From: Octopus bimaculoides
Lineage: Eukaryota
Direction: 5' to 3'
Assembly: GCF_001194135.2 (NCBI RefSeq)
Contig: NC_068985.1
Location: forward strand, 81,393,054 to 81,444,826
Length of the DNA: 51,773 bases
Part shown: in pieces, positions 38,571 through 49,095 of the stretch
Numbering within the stretch: position 1 is the first letter of the stretch
Layout of the letters: the number at the start of each line of letters is the position of its first letter
The notes under the pieces: generated by a model
The model's input: the letters and a program-made list of their open reading frames with translations, nothing else
What the model was told of the DNA's origin: nothing
Databases searched by the model: none
Position numbers and translations under genes: made by a program

Positions 38571-39157
38571 CTTAGCTTTATGTCTCACTTTATATTTTGT
38601 GTTCAAATTTCATTGAGGTTGACTTAGCCTTTCATCCTTTTGGGGTCAATAAAATGAGTACCAGTTGAGCTCTGAGGTCAATGTAATTGACTTACATCCT
38701 CTCCCAAATTTGCTGGCCTTGTGCCAAAATTTGAAACCATTATTTAAAAAAGATTGTTATAAAAAGTTCTATGAAATCACCTCACCCAATATCCAATTGA
38801 CATAGCCAACCATGCTCTTCTAATGTTACCTTGTTACTTAAATCCTCATCATCCTCATGTTTCAATTTTGTAAATCTCAGACTCATAGATGTTAAACAGT
38901 CCAGACATTTCAGTTAGGGAGCAGACCACAACATATTGACAAAGCTTCCTTACTGCTTCCTCTCCTGTGCCTTACAAAGGCAAGCCTTTCCTTCAAATCC
39001 AGGCTGAATACAAGTAGGGCTGTCTTCTGCATGACCTGTAAACCTTGCATCAATTCTGATTTTATCTACACAGTTATCGAAACTGTTTGATACGCATCAA
39101 CACTGGAATCATTAAAGCCTTCTTCCTCTCCCAATTATTATTATTATGATTATAATT

Positions 39158-39388
39158 AAGGGTGGCAAGCTGGCAGAACCATTAGCATGCTAGGCAAAAT
39201 GCTTATGGGCATTTCATCTGCCTTGATGTTCTGAGTTCAAATTCCATCTAGGTTGACTTTTCCTTTCATCCTTACGGAGTTGATAAATTAAGTACTAGTG
39301 AAGCACTGGGGTCGATGTAATTGACTAGCCCCCTTCCCCAAAATGTCGGGCCTTGTGCCTATACAAGAAAGGAATATTATTATTATTA

Positions 39389-39422
<34 letters not shown>

Positions 39423-39635
39423 GGCATTGAGCTGGCAGAATCGTTAGCATGCTGGGCGAAATGCTCAGTGGTATTTCGTCTGTTGCTACATTCTGAGTTC
39501 GGATTCTGCCGAAGTCGACTTTGCCTTTCATCCTATCGAGGTTAATTAAATAAGTACCAGTTATGCACTGGAGTCGATGTAATCGACTTAATCCCTTTCC
39601 CCCAAATTTCAGGCCTTGTGCCTACAATTAAAAGG

Positions 39636-39640
<5 letters not shown>
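39158..39640 (+). mobile_element. Two head-to-tail family A SINEs (tail type 2) embedded in (ATT)n, followed by (CTA)n
   Basis: Two complete head-core-tail units joined by (ATT)n. Confidence 0.92.
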
Positions 39641-39685
<45 letters not shown>

Positions 39686-40169
39686 ATACCATGATGTTTG
39701 AAATGTTTACATTTAAACAAAGGAAAGTATTTCTTCTATTATTAATTTCAGAATGAAGCATTACAACTTTGGACAAAATGCTTTGTAGTATTTGTTCTAA
39801 CTCTTTGCATTCTGGTTTCAAATCTCACTGCAGTCACCTTGAAGGTTTAATGAACTAAAGTACTGGTCAAGCATTTGGGTCAAGTTAATCAATGAATCTT
39901 CTCCACACTTGTTCTTTTGTGCCCATGTTAAAAATGATTAATTTTGAAACTGTAAATAATGAAATATTAAATACTTTCAACGTTATTTATCATTGTACAA
40001 TATCATATCATGATATATAACACTTAGGGACATGATATTAAATAATATACAGACATACATATTTCATAAATTAACAAGTATTTGTATCTGCTGATATTTA
40101 GATATTCTTTTGTACCTTCTGAGACATGTTGAGTTGATGATGATGATAATCATAATAATAATAATAATA

Positions 40170-41100
40170 AAGGGAAGATTTACCAAAAATAGACTTGAGA
40201 GTGCTAATCAATTCTGATCATGAATAGCCAATGAGAGAGAAGAAACTCTACTCAGCATGGAATTACATAGTCAGTCCACTGTGAATGTTCTGCACTACTT
40301 TGTCTACGCTTGTACTCTTTCTGTGCAAGACTTTCACAAGCACTAAAAATGTGGGTCCCATTTTCGACCCTCTTCCCACACATTCTACAGAGGATCGTTG
40401 TACTTCTGTGGTATACATCTCTTTTCACTGAGTTGGTATTCAATGCCTGATCCTGGACAGTGATGATTAGGCTTTCAGTCTTCTTATTTAGGTCACCCTT
40501 TCTGAGCCACCTCCATGATGCTTCCTGATCTTTTAAGTTGTTAGTTTCACGGTGGAACTCACCATGTAATTCCATGCTGAGTAGAGTAAAAGCACCCACT
40601 ACACTCTCAGAGTGGTTGGCATTAGGAAGGGCATCCAGCTGTAGAAACTCTGCCAGATCAGATTGGAGCCTGGTGCAGCCATCTGGTTTGCCAGCCCTCA
40701 GTCAAATCGTTCAACCCATGCTAGCATAGAAAGCAGACATTAAACAATGATGATGATGATGATGAAAGAGAAAAGATTGATAAACATGGAAACTTGAGAA
40801 TTGAGATCAAGATGTAGCAGCTACAAGAGTCAAATATAAAGATTGTCCCCATTGTCATCAGAGCATTGGGTTCAGTACCACCCAACCTGAAGAAACATCT
40901 GAAAACTTTAGAAATACCCTACAATGTAGGTGTATTGCAAAAATCACCATTACTTGGAACAGCATGCATATTGTGTAAAGTACTGTCTGTCTGAGATCCT
41001 TGTTGCAACTTGACAAACAGTACAAACCCGCGGTAGACACAATATCTTCAATCAACAACATCATGATATTGGATACTGTGTGACTTCTTAATAATAATAA
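40170..41100 (+). mobile_element. Rearranged R4/Dong LINE 3' region: plus segment, inverted Zn-knuckle segment (40269-40587), inserted RTE tail, then RLE C-terminus, 3' UTR and (TAA)n
   Basis: Minus strand: MELHGEFHRE..WRWLRKGDLNKKTESLIITVQDQALNTN..CRMCGKRVENGTHIFSACESLAQKEYKRR (CCHC). Plus strand 40746-40994: KIDKHGNLRIEIK..VPIVIRALGSVP..LQKSPLLGTACILCKVLSV*. Confidence 0.88.
40583..40745 (+). mobile_element. 5'-truncated RTE-tail retroposon with (GAT)n tail inserted in the Dong relic
   Basis: gagtaaaagcacccactacactc..ttaggaagggcatccagctgtagaaac..aacccatgctagcat..gatgatgat. Confidence 0.9.
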
Positions 41101-41104
41101 TGGT

Positions 41105-41895
41105 TTCAAATTTTGGCACAAGGCCAGCTGTTTCAGGGGATTTGGTAAGTCGATTACATTGAGCCCAGTGCTTAACTGGTACTTATTTTATCAATCCCAA
41201 AAGGATGAAAGGCCAAGTTGACCTCAGCAGAATTCAAACTCAGAACATAAAGGCAGACAAAATGCTGCTAAGCATTTTGCATGGTGTGCTAACAATTCTG
41301 TTAGCCTGCCACCTTAAATAATAATAATAATAATAATAATAACAATAATAATAATATTGATGATGATGATAATAATAACAACAACTCACAAATAGTCTTT
41401 TGATTCAATTATTTAATTGCATTTTTGCTAGGGTACCATAGTGAATTGGCAATGCTGTTAAAATATAGGTTAGATTCTTTTTTACTCTAGGCACAAGGCC
41501 CGAAATTTTGTGGGAGGGGGCCAGTCGATTAGGTTGACCCCCAGTACACAACTGGCACTTAATTTATCGACCCCAGAAGGATGAAAGGCAAAGTCGATCT
41601 CAGCGGAACATAAAGACAGACAAAATGACGCTAAGCATTTCACCCGGTGTGCTAATGATTCTTATTTCTTTATTGCCCACAAGGGGCTAAACATAGAGAG
41701 GACAAACAAGGACAGACAAAGGGGTTAAGTCGATTACATCGACCCCAGTGTGTAACTGGTACTTTATTTATCGACCCCGAAAGGATGAAAGGTAAAGTCA
41801 ACATCAGCAGAATTTGAACTCAGAACGTAACGGCAGACAAAATACTGCTAAGCATTTCGCCCAGTGTGCTAACGTTTCTGCCAGCTCGCCGCCTT
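41105..41895 (-). mobile_element. Three family A SINEs (two tail type 2, one tail type 1) around (TAA)n
   Basis: Copies at about 41105-41315, 41478-41661 (head clipped) and 41662-41895 (type 1 tail, ttatttctttattgcccacaagggg). Confidence 0.88.
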
Positions 41896-42307
41896 AGTAT
41901 GGGTTAGATTAATAAGCATTATTCATTCTAGTTCTGAGCCCCAAGTTCAGATATCACTGGGTAACTTTGCATTTCATCATGGGATTGAGCAATTCTGTAC
42001 TGAGGTGGATTCTTCTCTCTACTTCACTCTCTTTTTTCTGTCTGTTTTTCTGCCACTCTTTTTTGAAGGAAAAAAAAATCTACTTTCAGCAGAGCTGGAG
42101 AATGACAGTATCTGCTAGGTTTAAAAGATGCTCAAAATATGCTGTATGTCATGATGGTACTGACAGAACTTCACCAGGAGTTGAGTGTCCAAATTATTAT
42201 TAATAAGATTATATAAAAAAATATTGTTATATTTCTGGATGGTCATGTATTGTTTTGTTTTTTTGCCAAATAACCACATGCACTCTATACTCATTATTCA
42301 CTTCAGC

Positions 42308-42340
<33 letters not shown>

Positions 42341-42460
42341 TTAGTGTCCCTTGTCTAAAATCTTTCATCACACATCCTGTGACCTCTTCAACAACTCACT
42401 ATTAATATTAAAATTGATTATTTGCTTAAACATTAACTAAATATATTTTCTTTTATTTAG

Positions 42461-42744
42461 GTGTTAGTCAAATCAAAGAAAGTTTCTCCTCTTCTGGGAA
42501 CTTTATGAATATGCAACACCAGCATTCTGTACCATTAGTGCCAGGAGGCTCTTTCACAAGCTCTGAAGTCCAGCTCGAACCCACTCATAAATCTTCACCG
42601 ATATGTGGTCCCCTATCAACAAACAGTGATACTGCTGCTGATGCTACAATACGAAAACCATTAAGACTAGAAGCTCTCAACATTAACCAGTCCCATGGTC
42701 GGAAGTCAAAGAAGAAAAAAAATTCATACAACATGTTCGAATAA
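42461..42744 (+). CDS. Probable terminal coding exon of an unidentified host gene (VSQIKESF..VQLEPTHK..KPLRLEALNINQSHGRKSKKKKNSYNMFE*)
   Basis: Strong acceptor atattttcttttatttAG and a 94-codon open frame. It is not repetitive, is GC-richer than the flanks, has a Ser/Pro-rich disordered-looking composition and a basic C-terminal patch. Confidence 0.65.
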
Positions 42745-44479
42745 GGAAATAAGGCTATGAAATTGCTTCTATTTGTATGTGTATGTTAGTTGTCATGATG
42801 TCTATGTGAGTGCAACATGGTCTGCCATATTGAGAAAAGTATTACCTCTCTGCTTTATATACAACTAGCTGTGGGTGACTTAATGCTTTTATGTGTAAGG
42901 GAAAGGTGAAGTAAACAATATCTATTGTTCTGAACTTGAAGTGAAATTTAGACAAAATGATTTTCTGTCTGAATTTTAAGTTTTTCAAAACCAAGAGAAC
43001 AAAAAGGCATGATCAATTTGTGCCTAATATTTTCCACACTTATACATACATGCATACATGTTGATATTTTAAAATTGGGTAAATGAGTCTTCATCTTTTA
43101 AACAGGCTTAATAAATGAACGTATGACAACTTGCACAAATTTGTAGCTTTCAAATAAAATATTGAACAAAAGTAAGCCTGCTTTTCTTAGAAAATAAACA
43201 TTTCAATATGATTTTAAAAAAAATTTACATTATTTATGTTTAGTATATTCTTTTCATATAGCTTCGTATGTGTAGAATATCAAAATATTAGGCATGCAAA
43301 CATTTCAAGTTCACACTTTAAAATCCTGTCACAACTGTGAATTTGTCTCTAATTTTGAGAACTTATTTGAGAAGATACAAAAAAAAAAAAAAAAAAAATG
43401 AAACAAAAAACCCTGTAAATTCTGTCAACAGTTCTCAAACAGACAATATCAGCTCTCCACCAAAGAAAAAAAGTGATAACAAAAAATGTAAAATTTTTTG
43501 TCCCTACTGTCTCTTGATAAGAAAACAAAATAGTGTCAGCCATGTAATTCTTTCTTTTCCATGATGTTGAACAAGTTTGAAATGTTTAAACCATTTTGAT
43601 TTCATGAAATATAACAATATGAATGCTCTTTTTTCAATCTGAGTTGCCCACTCATATGAAAAATACTGGACTATTTCATGGTGTTCAAGAATACTTGAGT
43701 ACCTCACCTAGCCGGTGTCAAGGTTAGATAAATTGATTTATTGCTTAATTTGTGAAAGGGTGTACAAACAGAATGATCGTTTATGTTCAAAATAGTGAAG
43801 CAAAATAGAAGATAACCCTGATCAGAGGAGAGAGAGAACCAAATGAAAATTAGTAGAACCTGTCTAGTGCCTAAACAGAAATGATCCCCACTATACAATG
43901 TATAATTTATTGTGAATAACTTATTGTGAAAGAACCATGTAAGAATTTAGAAAAGTATGAAATGATGCTATGTTTTGTGCTGAAAATCCAAAGTGCTCAA
44001 TGCCTATTATGTTCAAGAGGAACATTAAAGGAATTGATTTCACTGGTATCTTGGAAGGCCTACAAAAGCTATGGACACAGCCCTTTCTACTAGACCAGAA
44101 AAGTAAATAAATGAAATATAAGATAACAAATTTTAAATGGAACTTGGTCTTCAGAAAATTAGTGTAAATGACATTAAAATTGATTAGAATATGCAGCCTT
44201 CAGCAGTGCTATTTTGTACTTGTGTATTGTAATGTAATATTTCTGAGTTCAATACTAGTCCAAGGATAATTGTGTGTGCATAATATATATATGCAAGTGT
44301 GTGTGTGTGTGTGCTCTCCTCTGTTTTTGATTATTTGAATTCTTCCTCTGAAGGAGGAGCTGCTTTCTAACAAAGATACAAAACTCCATTGTTGGTGTAT
44401 AGATAACAAAAATAATGCCGTGTTTTAAATTTGAGAACATTTTACATATTTTACTGCTCCACTTACATATTGTATTTCT

Positions 44480-45355
44480 AATGTGCTTATCCAGATTGCC
44501 ATTCAGGCAGGAGCTGGCCAGATTCCAATTCTATATATTTGCATGGTTTCTACAGCTGGGTACTCTTCCTGATGCCAACCACTTCACACAGTGTATTGGG
44601 CACTTTTTCTGTGACACTGGCATGGGTGCTTTTTATGTGACACTCACACAGGTGCTTTTGTGTGGCACTGGCACAGGCTATTTTATGCAGTACTGGCACA
44701 GGTGCTGTTATGTGACACCAGCACCCGTGAACCCTCAAGGGAAGGATCTCTTGGCTGAGAGAGAAGGATGCAGAGGATTTGCCTGTATGTATAGATGGCC
44801 ATAGTTTTACTTAGCTTGATGTGCCTTGTCTTTGAGGCTCAATGTCTGAAGACCCATTCTCATTACTTTGTCTCATGTCTTCTGAGACCCACCCCTTCTG
44901 CAGGTTCCCTTCACAATTAGAGATCAGCACTTCTTTATGCAGCTGACCTCAAGTCTATTCTCTGTATATTCTTAGTGTTTATTATATCTGCACATCTGCA
45001 ATACACAAAGACTACTTTTTGTGAACATTCCCATGATACTGATACACCTCTTATGTGTCTTTAGCTTGCATTGAGTATATGGTATGGAGTTTCTACTAAC
45101 ATCTTTCCTTGTTGAACAGTGCCATCTCCCTGAAGGGATTTGAGATTTGTCCATTTTCCTACATACTAGGGCTTTGGTCTTAGCTAATTTAGCTCTAAGG
45201 TCCTTAGATTCCAGACCTTGCTTCCTTACTTGAATTTTCCTTTCTGGTTCAGGTAGTGATTCAGCAATAAGAACAAGGTCTTCAGCGTAGAGAAGCTCAC
45301 AAAGGCAGCCAGTCTTAAATTCCTTTGTTATGGCCTGGAGGAATATGATAAACAG
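44480..45355 (-). mobile_element. RTE-clade LINE relic: RT core (YAED for YADD), Cys/His-rich insertion, internal deletion, ORF2 end, 3' UTR with about 5 x 25-bp repeats
   Basis: LFIIFLQAITKEFKTGCLCELLYAEDLVLIAESL..GLESKDLR..GRWHCS..YTQCKLKTHKRC (YAED at 45278-45289), then KKC*SLIVKGTCRRGGSQKT. Confidence 0.9.
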
Positions 45356-46344
45356 TATTTGCTAAAATCTTTAACTCATATCTCATCAAAGTTATCAATC
45401 TCCAAAATCAGTAATTATGATTTTTATTGTATATTATTTATACCATATGGCTTAAAGAAGTTGGTGAATTTTTTGATTGCACAGTATGTGATGTCACTAC
45501 TTTAATTATGAGGCCAACTTGACAGGATCTTTACTGTTAAATATTAATGACTCCAAAATATAACAGATGATTTTTTAAAAACTGCATATTGGTCTATACC
45601 TTAAATAGTAATTTTAAAAGAAATCAGTTAATCTTTGTTTGCACACTATCTGATATCGATAGTTTAATTATGAAGCAATACTGACAGAATCTTTACATTT
45701 AAACATTAATGACTGTTTTAGTTCAAGACTTTGCTCAATGTTTTAAAACAATTAATCTTTACTCTTGTCATTAAGGAGTGTTTGGTTTTCAATGTAAAAA
45801 TTATCAAGGAGAAATGAACCAAATATAGAAATGTGAATTTGAAATTTGAAGAAAAAAATTCCAACATTTCAGTTTGACTTGATAATGTGATTGCTGGCTT
45901 GTTGTTAGTTCTATGTTTAGTTATCAAATTATAGTAAATTATCGTATTTGGCTAAAACCAAATAAGTTGTACAATCACAGATTTCATTTAAACAGATGAT
46001 TGACTTAAATGAATGCAGGTTATGCATGGCCTTTGTTCAATTTCATCAAAATAATCTTATCACTAAAATAAAGAAATTAGTGACTAATTAACAAAACTAC
46101 AATTATATGCATACTAGATGTTATTAACATAATTTTTTTTCTAAATTAACTCCATAACTATAGAATGATCGAAACAATAAGTTATCAAGATAATACATTC
46201 CTACAGTGCATAATCAATTGTTTATCTAAGTAGCTAACAAAGAATCATCAAAAATGTATTTCAAACTAATGCAAAATCATCAGTGTTTGTTTAGATTATA
46301 GCACTTGATGAGAATATTTTATATATAAACTCTTGATCTAGTCT

Positions 46345-46550
46345 CATCATCACCATCATCATTAAACATCTATTTTCCATGCTGGCATTGGTTGGATGGC
46401 TTAGTAGAATCTGGTGAGCCAGAGGAATGTGCCAAGCCCCAATGTCTGCTTTGGCATGGGTTTCTATGGCTGGATGCCCTTCCTAACAACAGCCATTGAG
46501 TGCACTGGGTGTTTTTTACATGGTGCCAATACTAGTGAGACTGCTAAGTA
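46345..46550 (-). mobile_element. RTE-tail retroposon fragment
   Basis: catcatcacc tail, 'ttttccatgctggcattggttgga' and 'ggctggatgcccttcctaac'. Confidence 0.8.
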
Positions 46551-46849
46551 ACTTTCAAGGCAAGACCCATCAACAGAAGGATGTATAGTACTAAAGTTGG
46601 TGGTTTTATAGCAGGTGATGAGAAGTTAAAACATGATATAGGGATAAGAATGGGTGTTTACCCCAGTTGAAAAAGAGAGAAGACAGTAGGGAAAAAGATA
46701 TCAGGATGCACAATTAAAAGAACCCCTCAAAGCCATGTTAAGGAAAATAGTGATCAGTGAGGTAAGAATGGAAGCAGAAATGAATCAGAGAAATATATAC
46801 TTCATCAATTTGACCAGAACAAGTGTAGTAAATCTGAAAAGTCTTTTAT

Positions 46850-47096
46850 CTGTCATCTTTTACTTTTTCCAATCATTATACTGTGGCCATGTGGGGGCAC
46901 CAGTTGAAGTTTTGTTCAATGAATTGACCCCAGTACTATGTTTATGCCTGGTACTTATTCTATTGCTCTCTTTTGCTGAATTGCTAAGTTACAGGGATTT
47001 AAACACACCAACACTGGTTGTCAAGCAGTGGAGGTGGAGAACAAAAACAGACACATATGTTTGTGTGTATACATACACACACACACACACACACAN
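46850..47096 (-). mobile_element. Family D SINE 3' half, cut by a gap in its internal (CA)n
   Basis: Matches 37285-37500. Confidence 0.82.
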
Positions 47097-47306
47097 NNNN
47101 NNNNNNNNNNNNNNNNNNNNNNNNNNNNNNNNNNNNNNNNNNNNNNNNNNNNNNNNNNNNNNNNNNNNNNNNNNNNNNNNNNNNNNNNNNNNNNNNNNNN
47201 NNNNNNNNNNNNNNNNNNNNNNNNNNNNNNNNNNNNNNNNNNNNNNNNNNNNNNNNNNNNNNNNNNNNNNNNNNNNNNNNNNNNNNNNNNNNNNNNNNNN
47301 NNNNNN
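47097..47306. other. Assembly gap (start approximate to within 1-2 nt)
   Basis: Ns. Confidence 0.97.
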
Positions 47307-48624
47307 CCCCCCCAAAAAAAAACCTAAGACGTTTAAAAGCTTTTTTTCATTTCTCTATTTTATTGTAGTAATATTCTATTTTCTATGAAATATTAAAATA
47401 TTATTTACCTTTCAATGTTGGTATCACTTTTGATGCTTTATGTACCAGCTGACAATTACCAATCTACGTAACGAATTCAAATTTTGTCACCATTACTATT
47501 AAGTAATTTAGAAGTGAATAAACTCAGAGATGTTTATGAGGAGTAGATAAAATTGATTGGAAGCTTTATGTAACTTTCTTTTGTAAAAATATTATTTGTT
47601 GCTTGTGGATTAACTTTAATCCATTCTCAAGTGACTGTTTATAATTTCTTATAACATCAAATGCTCAATTGTATCTCATTATTTTTGTGATTTTCTGCTT
47701 CAAAACGTTGTTTTTGTATCTGGTTTGCAAAATTCTTTATGAATTCACGTGTCTCCTTAGACAACAAAATTTGCTTCAAAGCTGATTTGCTATTTACTAC
47801 TACAATCACTAATAGTAATAATTTATAAATACATACATATGTATATATGTGTATGTATGTTCTCTTTCTCTTTTTAATTTTGAGTAAATTTTGACTGGTC
47901 ACCTACTTGGTAGCAAGGTCGAGAAGGAAAGTATCTTCTCTTAACCATCATCCTTTAAATCTTAAGATCTTGCAGATTTTTGTAGCCCTAGATATTGTGA
48001 TCATTTGTTGCATATAAATTAAGAATTTGCATTCTCTCCCCAAGATCTCAATTTCAACCTCACTTTGCTCCAGATTGGTTGGTATATATCCTGTATGTAT
48101 GCATGTGTGTGTGTGAATGTTTACACTTTTCATCTTTGCATGAAAGTGCTGAGAGAAAACGATGACATTATGTTGACAATTAATTATCAAAAAAATTGTT
48201 CTCTCGCTCTCTCTCTGTAGTTTCTAATTCAAGTAAAACAAAAAAGAAAACTCTTACTTGAAAATACATGAAGGCTAGCAACAGAAAATGTATTCAGCTG
48301 TAAAACATTGCTTCAGTACTAAGTATTTGGCAAATCCATGCCTGCGTAGAAAAATTAAGTAAAAACAAATGAATATATGTAAATTTTTTTAAAAAATGAA
48401 GTTTTTTCTCTTTTGTCATATATTGAAATGAATATTCTCTCTCACTCTCTCTCTCACACACATACACACACACACAATTCAGAACACAACCAAAAAAAAG
48501 AAGATCCTTCCAACTTTGCAAAATTTCTAACAAGCAGAAGTAAAATGCAAAATATAAATGCTTCTGGGATACAAGGGGTTTTTATGTGCCAGTTATTTAG
48601 TCTTTGGTTTTTTTTTTTTTGGCA

Positions 48625-48854
48625 TTAATCCATAAGCATTTAGACCAGCCATATCCAACTCAAAAATATTCTACCTGTTTTATGTTCAAACTGTCAACAT
48701 CTGGCCTCTTACACCTACCCTACAATGTCATTCTAAAAATATACAATCACTTCATTGTAATATCGAAGTTGCAAGATAATGCATGATTAATTCAAGACAA
48801 TGCAAATTAATCACTATTAGATTTAACAGTGTAATCTAAATGCAAAAGGGTTAA
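48625..48854 (+). mobile_element. piggyBac-type MITE, 230 bp, TTAA at both ends
   Basis: TTAAtccataagcattt...aatgcaaaagggTTAA; the body matches the other copies. Confidence 0.8.
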
Positions 48855-49095
48855 AAAAAGAATGAGAGATTTATATCGACTTGGACAGGTTGTTGGCTAA
48901 ACCAATTAATGATGTAGTGCCAATCCCCAGGTGTTGCAGCACCGACTAGCTGGGCATAGCATAAATTACTTTGGCCAAAAACATAAGGCACTGGCAAAAG
49001 ATTCTGATCTCATGAGCTATGAATAGTTAGTCTAATGCCCAATTTGTTCAGTCATTTCACATTTACATAAGCACTGAGCACAGACACCTGGTAAA

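Larger units (their letters stand above)
37930..38735 (+). mobile_element. Family A SINE interrupted by a mariner insertion
   Basis: The head 'aagatggtgagctggcacaattgtt..gaaaaac' resumes as 'cttagc..gcctttcatcctttggggtcaataaaatgagtaccag' after 38570. Confidence 0.8.

Noticed and set aside
43708-43817. Minus-strand exon-like segment (GYLLFCFTILNINDHSVCTPF..) with good splice signals
   Set aside because: It is isolated, no compatible partner exon could be established, and the acceptor's pyrimidine tract is a (CT)n repeat.
27810-47388. Long ORFs containing X runs (27810-28254, 35531-36094, 46735-47388)
   Set aside because: They are artefacts of translating across N gaps.
47657-48110. Minus-strand peptides KSALKQILLSKETREFIKNFANQ.. 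and GYIPTNLEQSEVEIEILGRECK (the latter faintly like a GcvT/DMGDH C-terminus)
   Set aside because: Acceptors lack pyrimidine tracts, motif spacing is off, and the similarity is too short to support a call.
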